Shown: positions 9,976-18,158 of the stretch, in pieces
Position numbering within the stretch: the stretch's first letter is position 1
How the letters are laid out: every line of letters starts with the position of its first letter
Assembly (NCBI GenBank): GCA_034439695.1
Contig: JAWXAV010000047.1
Span: 248 to 64,247, forward strand
Direction of reading: 5' to 3'
From: Bythopirellula sp.
GTDB lineage: Bacteria > Planctomycetota > Planctomycetia > Pirellulales > Lacipirellulaceae
Length of the DNA: 64,000 bases
Position numbers and translations under genes: made by a program
Notes under the pieces: model-generated
Database searches by the model: none
Seen by the model: only the letters and a program-made list of their open reading frames with translations
What the model was told of the DNA's origin: nothing

Positions 9976-10785
9976 ATGCAAGGCGGCAACCCGACTCCCT
10001 CACAGGAAATCGAGCTTCTCAAACGACAGTTGGTCCAAGCCCAACGCATGGCCGCCCTGGGGGAACTCGTCGGTACCACCACGCACGAATTCAATAACGT
10101 GCTGATGACGATCATCAATTACGCCAAGTTGGGCCTGCGCCACAAAGACGAACCGACTCGCGATAAAGCGCTCGACAAAATTCTCGCTGCCGCGCAGCGT
10201 GCCGAAAAAATCACCAACAGCGTGCTCGGCTTGGCCCGCAATCGCAAGGAAGAATTCGCCCCCACGCACCTCCATCAGCTCATCAGCGAGTCGTTGGTGC
10301 TTTTGGAGCGCGAGATGCAAAAATATCGCGTCGCGGTGCGCTGCGAATTTGCCGAGATTCCCCCCGTGCGGGCCATCGGCAATCAGATTCAGCAAGTGCT
10401 GCTGAACATGATGACCAACGCCCGCCAAGCGATGCCCAATGGCGGCGAGTTGCTGCTGCGCCTCGCACATGATCCAGCGAGTAATGCCGTGGAGCTCACG
10501 ATCCGCGATTCAGGCACGGGCATCCCGCAGGAAAGTTTGCCCAAGATTTTTGACCGCTACTACTCCACCAAGAGCGGCCCGGACGAAACCGGCAAGGGGG
10601 GCACGGGAGTGGGCCTCGCCACTTGCAAGGACATCATCGATGCCCACCAAGGCCGCATCCGCGTCGAAAGCAGTCTCGGCCGCGGCACGGCGTTTATTAT
10701 TCGCCTGCCGGTTTATCAACAGATCGTGGCACCTGCGATTCCGATCCCAAGACTTGGTGTGCCAACCGCCATACCATCGCGCTAA
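9976..10785 (+). CDS. Cytoplasmic histidine kinase (HisKA + HATPase), no evident sensor domain
   Basis: AQRMAALGELVGTTTHEFNN H-box, NQIQQVLLNMMTNARQAM, DSGTGI, GTGVGL. Confidence 0.9.
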   Translation: MQGGNPTPSQEIELLKRQLVQAQRMAALGELVGTTTHEFNNVLMTIINYAKLGLRHKDEPTRDKALDKILAAAQRAEKITNSVLGLARNRKEEFAPTHLHQLISESLVLLEREMQKYRVAVRCEFAEIPPVRAIGNQIQQVLLNMMTNARQAMPNGGELLLRLAHDPASNAVELTIRDSGTGIPQESLPKIFDRYYSTKSGPDETGKGGTGVGLATCKDIIDAHQGRIRVESSLGRGTAFIIRLPVYQQIVAPAIPIPRLGVPTAIPSR

Positions 10786-10800
10786 AGAATAGACAACACC

Positions 10801-10845
10801 GTCATTCCCGCGCAGGCGGGAATGACTGGCTAGCGCGGGAATGAC
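10801..10845. repeat. GTCATTCCCGCGCAGGCGGGAAT palindrome (dRS3-like), copy 1, truncated doublet
   Basis: ATTCCC-N8-GGGAAT hairpin; other copies at 32454, 45097, 59815. Confidence 0.85.
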
Positions 10846-10860
10846 GAAAAAAGAAGATTG

Positions 10861-10893
10861 ACTCTCTGTGCTCTCTGTGTACTCCGTGGTTAA
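10861..10893. repeat. Half copy of the (C/T)TCTGTG tandem element
   Basis: ctctctgtgctctctgtgtactccgtggttaaa resembles the right arm of the full element at 37360-37448. Confidence 0.7.
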
Positions 10894-10897
10894 AATC

Positions 10898-11566
10898 TTA
10901 CTGCGGGGGATTCGCAATACGATCCTGGATATCGAGCAAAATCTGCGTTTCGATTTCACAGTCGCGCCCCATGGGAATCCAGAACTTCGAGAGCTTTGTG
11001 CGGCTCACCCCTTCGTCCAGTCGGCTCGGGATGGAATTGTCGAAACGAAACGTGGCCGCCCCTGTGTTGGCATTCTCCGGCCGCGATAAATCCTCGAATT
11101 CCTTGTAAACAACCACATCCACCAGCCAACCCCCTTGCTGGGGCACGACACGTACCTCGCCCCGCCGGCGCACGCTTTGGAACGTACTCTCGGCCAAGTT
11201 ATAGCGGCCCACCGAATCAAAGCGATTCGGCTCGAGCACGGTCGCGCCGACTTGAGGAAAAGTCTCGATCCGCCCTTCGGTGACGACGTTGCCCACCACT
11301 TGCACGCGGTTCTCTTGATCAACGTCAAAATAATCGTCCACCACGTCGACGATCAATTCCCAAGCATAATCCTCGTTCGTTACGGGGATCACAATCGTCT
11401 TCGCCGCACTGGGGTCGTTCGCAGCCAATTGTCCCGGCGCAAGAAAAGCCGGTCCCTCAGGATTAGGTGTTCCCATTGTCGTCGGCGACACGGCTACCGG
11501 CTCGGTCTGCAGCGAGTGGCAACCGCCCAACATCATTGCGACAAAAATTGGTAAACGACCGTACAT
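10898..11566 (-). CDS. Hypothetical lipoprotein
   Basis: Likely start ATG 11566; MYGRLPIFVAMMLGGC lipobox-like signal; globular domain with GRIETFP motif. Confidence 0.7.
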   Translation of the reverse strand: MYGRLPIFVAMMLGGCHSLQTEPVAVSPTTMGTPNPEGPAFLAPGQLAANDPSAAKTIVIPVTNEDYAWELIVDVVDDYFDVDQENRVQVVGNVVTEGRIETFPQVGATVLEPNRFDSVGRYNLAESTFQSVRRRGEVRVVPQQGGWLVDVVVYKEFEDLSRPENANTGAATFRFDNSIPSRLDEGVSRTKLSKFWIPMGRDCEIETQILLDIQDRIANPPQ

Positions 11567-11780
11567 CAAGACCTCGCGCCTAGCGCCATTCAACGAGCGC
11601 CTATTTCGGGCCGCGAATCTTCGTGAAACCATGCCAGCACCGCAAGGGCGAAACATACCCGCTAGCACCTTGCCACCCGAAATGACGAGATGGTCGCCAA
11701 GCGACCATTTTATTTGCGCCAACACGGCTTGAACTTGACCACCTAGCAAAAACGTCTGAAAAACCAGTACTTTTATCCAT

Positions 11781-11796
11781 CGGCACGTCCTTTGCA
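11781..11796 (+). promoter_or_regulatory. sigma54 (RpoN) -24/-12 promoter
   Basis: CGGCACGTCCTTTGCA matches YTGGCACG-N4-TTGCW with exact GG-N10-GC spacing; lies 45 bp upstream of an RBS-bearing ORF. Confidence 0.75.
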
Positions 11797-11840
11797 AATG
11801 TCGCACTCGGTCAACTATTACCCAATTCAAGGAGACAAAC

Positions 11841-11960
11841 ATGAACACTCGCGTCGCCAATCGTGCTGGCAAAATCAAATACGGCATTTTTGCTTGGTTA
11901 CTTGGACTGCCTATCCCCATAGTTATTCTATTGCTGTTCTTCCGCGGCTGCGACTTTTGA
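11841..11960 (+). CDS. 39-aa single-pass membrane peptide (below the ORF-track cutoff)
   Basis: AGGAGA RBS, then ATG: MNTRVANRAGKIKYGIFAWLLGLPIPIVILLLFFRGCDF*. Basic N-terminus plus one hydrophobic helix; stop abuts the next gene. Confidence 0.75.
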   Translation: MNTRVANRAGKIKYGIFAWLLGLPIPIVILLLFFRGCDF

Positions 11961-12659
11961 GTGTGGCAAGCCATGGCCATCATCGCTTCCAGCGACTATT
12001 CGTTTGATTGGTATCGACTCCTGCTCGGCGAGCATCCACCGATCTACATTCTCGAAATCGTGCTGCGCGTTGTCCTTATCTATTTTTTCACGTTGCTGCT
12101 CTTGCGCTGGTCCGGCAAACGCACCATTGGTGAGATTACTTTTTTTGATTTCGCCATCATTATCGCCCTCGGCACGGCCGTCGGCGACGGGATGATCTAT
12201 GACGATACCCCGCTCATTCACTCATTTATTGTGATTTTCGGAGTTTTGGCCCTCCAGAGGTTTATGGCTAAGCTCACGGAAAAGAATGAACTTTTGGAAA
12301 ACCTTATCGAGGGCAAGTCGACTTTGATCGTCGAAAATGGTGTGATCCGCCTTGATAAGCTTCATGAAGAATCTCTCTCTCAAGAAGAACTCTTCGAAAG
12401 CCTCCGCTACGAGGGCATTCACCAACTCGGGCAAGTTGCCCTGGCCTATCTCGAACCGACTGGAAAAATGAGTGTCATCAAAAACACCCAGGAACGACCC
12501 GGGTTGTCGGTTCTGCCCGAGGGTCGCCGACTTCTTGATTCCACGGACCATGAAGTGTTGTGCTGTAAAAACTGTGGCTGTTTGGCGGAACAACAAGAGA
12601 AGCTCTGCCAGACCTGCGGCAATCACGAGTGGCAGAAGGCTACTCTCACTGATTCTTAG
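11961..12659 (+). CDS. DUF421/YetF-family membrane protein with C-terminal Cys-rich (zinc-ribbon-like) tail
   Basis: LLLRWSGKRTIGEITFFDFAIIIALG, LIEGKSTLIVENG, AYLEPTGKMSV; tail CCKNCG...CQTCG. Start may be ATG 11973. Confidence 0.85.
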   Translation: MWQAMAIIASSDYSFDWYRLLLGEHPPIYILEIVLRVVLIYFFTLLLLRWSGKRTIGEITFFDFAIIIALGTAVGDGMIYDDTPLIHSFIVIFGVLALQRFMAKLTEKNELLENLIEGKSTLIVENGVIRLDKLHEESLSQEELFESLRYEGIHQLGQVALAYLEPTGKMSVIKNTQERPGLSVLPEGRRLLDSTDHEVLCCKNCGCLAEQQEKLCQTCGNHEWQKATLTDS

Positions 12660-12666
12660 AATATTC

Positions 12667-12736
12667 AGCCAACGAATCCGCGGCTGAGCTCACGAGCATA
12701 TGCGTGAACTTGTGATGAGCTAACGACTGGTTAGGC
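12667..12736. other. Possible degenerate integron attC-like site
   Basis: AGCCAAC ... CTGAGCTC ... GAGCTAA CGACTG GTTAGGC: R'-type GTTRRRY and an L-box-like pair with an extra G, but left spacer is 10 nt rather than 5. Confidence 0.3.
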
Positions 12737-12847
12737 GATCATCGCAGGATCGTTTATGTCCGCCCATGTGCAGTATTTACTTTGCCGGTTTGCCAGTTTA
12801 GATTGACAAGTGAAAGATAGTCACGGACCTTTAACCCAATCGACAAT

Positions 12848-13753
12848 ATGGAAAAGTGGTACTTTCCCATTGCCCTACTTGCAGCAGGTGGCTTGTTATG
12901 GCTCGGTAGCCATTTCGATTTCGTTATGCGAATTTTATTCGCAATTTGGGGACTCGTGATTGGGGTGATTGGTGTTGGCATAGCATTCGCCCCGATTCGA
13001 TTCCTCACTGATCTCCCAGAATTAGGTTGGTCTCTCTCTAGTATCATTACCGCGCTCGCGTCGATCATACTCCTAGTTCCACTTGGCTTATACTTTGTCT
13101 ACGGATCATACCGATTGATTCGCTGCTCAATTTGCTACTATGAGTCCGACGATTCAGAAAGTCAGGAGTCACTAAATAAGATTGACCTTACAAGAGTAAC
13201 AAATTGGCTCCAATTCTTTGGGTTAGATGGATTGATTCCAAAGCCAGCTCCACTGACACCAGAAACGGCGGAACCAATTCTTGATATTGTGGCGGAAGCA
13301 TTACAACAAGACGACGGGCTGCCGTATCACCCGCTGTCGTCACTTCAAGGGTATGACGTACTCCAGGTTGACTCTGCGTTAAAGCTGAGGATTGCCAATG
13401 ATTTTCTCCTGCTTTCTTTGCATGGCAGGGAGGCAGAGTTAGATGACATAGCAAAGCAATGGGAAACAATACCATTTCATGTTGTCACAAGCTTTGTTCG
13501 GGATGACGAACGCAACAAACTTAAGTCTGTTCCCAAAGGCTCGCGTGAGTATATGGGGCTCCAAATAAAAATGTCCCCGCACGGTATGATCAACGACACC
13601 GAGTTTTCGTCGCTCGAAGTGTTGTCGTCTTTTGTGAAGTTTTGCCGACACGTTGGTGCAGCGGACTCCTTATATTGGCAAAAGGTTTATACGCGAATAG
13701 GGTTGCCTTACGAAAAGAGATGTCCTCAAGGCAACGATCCAGTTTTTAATTGA
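12848..13753 (+). CDS. Hypothetical protein, N-terminal TM helices plus soluble domain (AT-richer islet)
   Basis: 301-aa open frame with three hydrophobic segments in the first 90 aa; no family recognised. Confidence 0.7.
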   Translation: MEKWYFPIALLAAGGLLWLGSHFDFVMRILFAIWGLVIGVIGVGIAFAPIRFLTDLPELGWSLSSIITALASIILLVPLGLYFVYGSYRLIRCSICYYESDDSESQESLNKIDLTRVTNWLQFFGLDGLIPKPAPLTPETAEPILDIVAEALQQDDGLPYHPLSSLQGYDVLQVDSALKLRIANDFLLLSLHGREAELDDIAKQWETIPFHVVTSFVRDDERNKLKSVPKGSREYMGLQIKMSPHGMINDTEFSSLEVLSSFVKFCRHVGAADSLYWQKVYTRIGLPYEKRCPQGNDPVFN

Positions 13754-13795
13754 TTGAAACTGCGAAGTGGATGACGCTCCAGGTTAACCAAGATT

Positions 13796-14542
13796 TTATT
13801 CGGTTAGACTAGCCATGTTTTGATCGGGAGCACCTTGCGATTGAGTGTCGAAAGCCAAGCAGAAAAGAAAGGCCTCCCAAAATAACAATGAATAAATCTT
13901 TAGACCCTTTTTATTAAGGTCATATCGCCAATAGGCAAAGACCGACGGGCAATCTGAAATACTAGGTAGGTTCTGCATCAATACATTGAACACTTGAGGC
14001 ACCTTGTCTTGCTCTCGGCAGAATTGAAATATGACGCAGGATCTAGAATTGAGGAATTGGTCATCATGATAGCACGAAAGAGCCTGTGCTATTGCGACAA
14101 CAACGCGGTTCACTCGCTGACCGTCAATTTGCCACTGGATCATATCAGTTGGCAAATGAATGCCGCCAGGAGTAATGGGGCCGGCGTTTTTTAGTAGTGC
14201 CTTTATGATGGATCGAGTATGAGGCTTGGCGGCACGTCGTCGGATATCTTGAAATATAACGTCAGCAAACGCGGGATTGCCGGTCGTAACTTGTATTGCT
14301 AGTGCATGATAGAAGTACTCTTCATCGTTCTTCAAACCTCCATTGCACCCGTTATGAGCCGCTGCCGTCCACAGATTCAACTTCTCCGTTTCCCGAGTTT
14401 GTTTGGGAAAGAATTGCTTCGGCGGCACATGTTGGCGATCCCGTTTTTCATTTTTCTCCATCGGCTTATCAACGAAACCCTCACCGCACAGGCAGCAGCG
14501 CGAGGCTTTCTTCCAGTCCAGGGCTTTGAGGGGCTTTACCAT
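13796..14542 (-). CDS. Hypothetical protein with HNH-endonuclease-like N-terminus
   Basis: CCLCG ... QHVPPKQFF ... AHNGCN ... DEEYF follows the CxxC..H(V/I)PP..(C/H)xxCN layout of HNH-type domains. Confidence 0.55.
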   Translation of the reverse strand: MVKPLKALDWKKASRCCLCGEGFVDKPMEKNEKRDRQHVPPKQFFPKQTRETEKLNLWTAAAHNGCNGGLKNDEEYFYHALAIQVTTGNPAFADVIFQDIRRRAAKPHTRSIIKALLKNAGPITPGGIHLPTDMIQWQIDGQRVNRVVVAIAQALSCYHDDQFLNSRSCVIFQFCREQDKVPQVFNVLMQNLPSISDCPSVFAYWRYDLNKKGLKIYSLLFWEAFLFCLAFDTQSQGAPDQNMASLTE

Positions 14543-14585
14543 AAATGCATCCTTGCATGAGAGTAGTGGTTAATTCTGATCCATA

Positions 14586-14936
14586 TTAGTCAAGATCAAT
14601 GCCAAACCACTTTGCGATTAAGAAAACAGGTTGCATAACGAAAACACTACCAATCAGGCCTACAAGTCCTCCGAAGAACGCCGCGAAAACAAGACTCTCA
14701 ATGACCTTGATCGTTTTCTGTTCGTTCACTTTCACTGACGCATCCAATACGACAGGCAGAACAAACGGCCATCCGACACCAGGCATCACAACGAACAAGG
14801 ACCACAGGGAAGAGCCACCCATTTCAAATCCTAGGGTCAACCAGTAAATCGCCCCAAGTACTAACGAAATTGAAAATGCAATGACAAGTAGCGAGGTCTG
14901 CAAAGGACGACAGAGAGTGGAATTCGGGTCGTCCAT
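14586..14936 (-). CDS. Small hypothetical membrane protein (about 3 TM)
   Basis: 116-aa hydrophobic ORF in the AT-richer islet. Confidence 0.55.
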   Translation of the reverse strand: MDDPNSTLCRPLQTSLLVIAFSISLVLGAIYWLTLGFEMGGSSLWSLFVVMPGVGWPFVLPVVLDASVKVNEQKTIKVIESLVFAAFFGGLVGLIGSVFVMQPVFLIAKWFGIDLD

Positions 14937-15326
14937 AATGGTCGAGCGATGAAGGGATGTGAATATTCCGGCAGCATAATCGCCGCGGCATTGAAATGCT
15001 ATAGGTGAGACTTCGGCACAGCCCGTTTAACACAGACGCTCACGGGCCGTCGTGAGATCGCGTAGGATCGATTCTGACGCGTTCGCACGAACAAGCCCGC
15101 ATGAATTTCGTGGTGTCGACAGGCCGAGTGCGGCAAAAGTGCAGCACGGACACGCATTGTAAACCGTGTGTAAACTTGTTGATTTTTATTGATTTGTGAC
15201 GATTCATTTCGATTTTGAATCGTGTCACAATGCCACTATCTGCAAGAACCATCGTGGAATCCGACGGCTCTTGTAAATTAGAGCGAAATACCTAAAAGAA
15301 GATGCAAAAAAATAGTGACGCATTTG

Positions 15327-15512
15327 TTGGCCGAAGGCCTCGATCATCGTAGCCGGGGTCATCGCCCCAGTACACGTTGGCCATCTAGTTCTTGGCCGTA
15401 GGCCATGTTGAACAAAGCAACGGATGAATAAGGCCTTCGGTCAAACATTCGATGGCTATCTACATTCCTAGGGTGTTACCCTAGGCTGCGATGAAAATCG
15501 CCGTCGGCGAAG
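15327..15512. repeat. Composite REP-like mosaic (TTGGCCGAAGGCC / GTAGCC-palindrome units)
   Basis: ttggccgaaggcc, gtagccggggtcatcgcccc, ttggccgtaggcc, then inverted ggccttcggtcaa and cctagggtgttaccctaggctgcgatg. Confidence 0.75.
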
Positions 15513-15707
15513 AATCTTTGTAAAAAAGAACGACGGAGACAACCGCGAATATCGTGTCATTGATCGGAACTTCTAAAAGAAACCCGACGTCCCCTCGGGC
15601 TAGAGAAGATGCGAAAATCTAGCCTTCATTGGGTTACAACAAACCACGATAACCTGACGCACCTGATTCTTCGTGCGGTTGCCTCCATCGTAAAACACCA
15701 TCAATTG

Positions 15708-16577
15708 TTATCTGCCTGTCCCGGTTCCCGCGCCGCTGGCATTGTTGCCGGTGTTATTGTTGTTGGCTGGGTTAGGGTTCAACCCTGTATTGAATCCAGG
15801 GGACTGACCGGTATTAAAACCAGGCAAGGCTTCTCGGTCGCCACCCGAAGTGGTATCACGACCACGCAAAAAAGTATCAGCTCCAAAATCAAAGGGCTGC
15901 CCCGTCATTTCGTTGTAAGATTGGCGTTGTTGATCGTTAAGAATACCTTGAAAGCGTTGATTTGTGGTGTTCCGGAAGTCATTAAATCGATTCCGTGCAG
16001 CGTCGGCATTCGTGGCATAACTTTCGCGTAAGTTTTCAACCTCGCTATCCCAATCGCGACGTAAGTCTTGCAGTTGTCGCCTTTGTACATCGTTGAGATT
16101 AAACTGTCGTTGAAGGCGCGGATTATCAAAAGCTCCATAGCCCTGATATTGCATTTGGAGTTGGTTGAACCGCCGTTGCTGTTCGGGCGTACGAAACACA
16201 CTGCTCGTGCTCCGTGCGAATTCGCTATCAAATCGATCACGGTACTCGTTCAGCCGTCTACTACGCGCTCCTTCGTCGAGTGCTTGACCCGATGCGGCTC
16301 CGTTGGCTCGCAATTGTTTCCAAGTGGCACCATAGGCCTGATTCAGTCGCTCGACTTGGTCATCATCGAGTTCCAATTCATCGTTTAAACCCTCAGCCGA
16401 AAACCAGGGCGATTCATCGTCGGGATAATAACCGCCGGGGTCATCGGTCAGCTGGCTTCCTTGCTCCGAAGGGACTTCCGCGTCGACCGGAGGAACACCT
16501 TCCGGATTTTGTGTGTAAGCCTGCGTGGCAAGCAAACCCAAAAGGCCTGTTGCGCAGCATTGAAGAAAAGTTTTCAT
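15708..16577 (-). CDS. Secreted helical protein with Spy/CpxP-like LxLxxxQ repeats and Asn/Gly-rich tail
   Basis: GAGGGA RBS, ATG 16577, signal peptide; LELDDDQVERL, FNLNDVQRRQL, ILNDQQRQSYNEMTGQPF. Confidence 0.75.
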   Translation of the reverse strand: MKTFLQCCATGLLGLLATQAYTQNPEGVPPVDAEVPSEQGSQLTDDPGGYYPDDESPWFSAEGLNDELELDDDQVERLNQAYGATWKQLRANGAASGQALDEGARSRRLNEYRDRFDSEFARSTSSVFRTPEQQRRFNQLQMQYQGYGAFDNPRLQRQFNLNDVQRRQLQDLRRDWDSEVENLRESYATNADAARNRFNDFRNTTNQRFQGILNDQQRQSYNEMTGQPFDFGADTFLRGRDTTSGGDREALPGFNTGQSPGFNTGLNPNPANNNNTGNNASGAGTGTGR

Positions 16578-16776
16578 GACAAGTCCCTCATTGAAATTGG
16601 TGTTTGCGATCGGCACTGGTTTTCGAGAAACGTGCCTTGGATAAAAAAGTGGGCACATTTCGTACCAGGACTTGCTTATCAGGAAATCGAAAGTTTAAGC
16701 AGAGATGCGGTTGCGCAAGGTGGTCCGATATCGACCGCATCGGTCAAAGAAACGCCCATGCACGCAGACCTAGCAT

Positions 16777-16800
16777 AAGCCCGGGGATGCACTCCACGGG
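16777..16800. repeat. AAGCCCGGGGATGGCACTCCCCGGG family, copy 2 (degenerate)
   Basis: aagcccggggatgcactccacggg. Confidence 0.75.
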
Positions 16801-16817
16801 TTTATAGTGTTGCCACC

Positions 16818-16857
16818 AAAAAAGTCAGGCCGGTGATTCTGGCGAATCACCGGCCTG
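16818..16857 (-). terminator. Intrinsic terminator for 16905..17615
   Basis: 14-bp stem caggccggtgattc/gaatcaccggcctg followed by a T-run on the minus strand. Confidence 0.8.
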
Positions 16858-16904
16858 GCGGTTGCAAAGCCGCGGCCAAAGTGGTTTGGGCGATAACGGG
16901 ACAA

Positions 16905-17615
16905 TCAATACTCGGCTTTGTAGTTTTTGTAATCCGAGTCGATTCCCAGTCGCATCTTGAGCTCTTCAAAGAGCCCGATATAGTCGTCGTTGGTCGAATG
17001 AACGTGCTCCGCCTCGGTGACGAAATGCATTTCCTCGCGGCAGTTCAGCCCCGCGTCAATCAACACACTTTCAAATGGCGTGAGTTTCTTGCCGTAGACG
17101 ATGAGCAGCTTATGCTCGTCGAATTGCACTTCTTGGGGGGTGCTCGGATTCAGTACCGCGATCCCCGTGCAACCGTCATTCACCAGCAGGTCTTCGTATT
17201 CCCACAGAATGCTCTGCAAGATCGGCATGTCGATATGTTCGCGGTACAGATCCTGCTGACCCGACGACGGATAGTGGTGGCTACTTTCAAGCACCACATC
17301 GACCACCGGCCCCAACGGATCCAACAGCTCCATGAATGTCTCGAACAATCGTTCCCGCGAGGCTGCGGCCATCACCACGGGCACATCTTGTTTCGAGGCG
17401 TCGTCGCGGTAGGTGTCGTGGCGGAAGCCAGCGGACGGCACCACTTCCAATCCATAAGAAGGCCGCACCGCGTCGGTCAGCAAGAAGCTGCCATAGCGGC
17501 TCACCTTCATGTGGGCTTCGAGCTCGTCCTCACGGAGTGCCTCAAAGCTGCTGGTGCCTTGTGCGACAAGTTCCTCGTGGAACACGTTACGGAAAAATTT
17601 CTTTAGGAAGCCCAT
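16905..17615 (-). CDS. Hypothetical protein
   Basis: Likely start ATG 17615 (MGFLKKFF). Acidic globular ORF with LLVNDGCTGIAV, EVQFDEHKLL and EAEHVHS motifs; family not assigned. Confidence 0.8.
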   Translation of the reverse strand: MGFLKKFFRNVFHEELVAQGTSSFEALREDELEAHMKVSRYGSFLLTDAVRPSYGLEVVPSAGFRHDTYRDDASKQDVPVVMAAASRERLFETFMELLDPLGPVVDVVLESSHHYPSSGQQDLYREHIDMPILQSILWEYEDLLVNDGCTGIAVLNPSTPQEVQFDEHKLLIVYGKKLTPFESVLIDAGLNCREEMHFVTEAEHVHSTNDDYIGLFEELKMRLGIDSDYKNYKAEY

Positions 17616-18105
17616 CGGCGAACTCTTTGCTGGGTCAAGCATTCGTAGGTGTTAGTTATGGGAGCTGCCAGGAGCACAATCCCGCAAACATTCACATTCG
17701 CGGGTGAGGGATGTCTCTCAAAACGGCGTCACGCGGGGGCGTGACAATCGCCGTTTGGTTATTCAAATCTAGGTCACTCCAAGACCGCTTTACCGCAACT
17801 CAACTCCAAAATCCGCAGTGGAAAGCCGGTCCCATACAACCGCCATAATCCGTTGGTCAGTCTGTCGCTCACACGCTTTCCTGCCTGAAATGCAGTCCTC
17901 GTGTGAGATAGCCAAAGGTAGCTCAACACAATTCGCGCAAGCGCCAGCAAGCAAGAAATTCTGCCTGCGTTTGCCGAGATTTAGCTGCCCTGCCAAGCAC
18001 TTGGCGACACTTTCGCGCCAACCCAACCGGCACGTTTCCTGCAACAAACGCACGACCCAACCACGTTGCCAGAAAGCGACAAACAAAAAGTCGAAGAGTG
18101 ACCCC

Positions 18106-18132
18106 AAGCCCGGGGATGGCACTCCCCGGGTC
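18106..18132. repeat. AAGCCCGGGGATGGCACTCCCCGGG family, copy 3
   Basis: aagcccggggatggcactccccgggtc. Confidence 0.8.
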
Positions 18133-18158
18133 AAGAAATCCGGTAGCATACGACACTA

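Noticed and set aside
17643-18105. About 460-bp intergenic region with hairpins as a candidate ncRNA (6S, tmRNA, RNase P)
   Set aside because: No diagnostic motifs recognised; the ORFs here look spurious.
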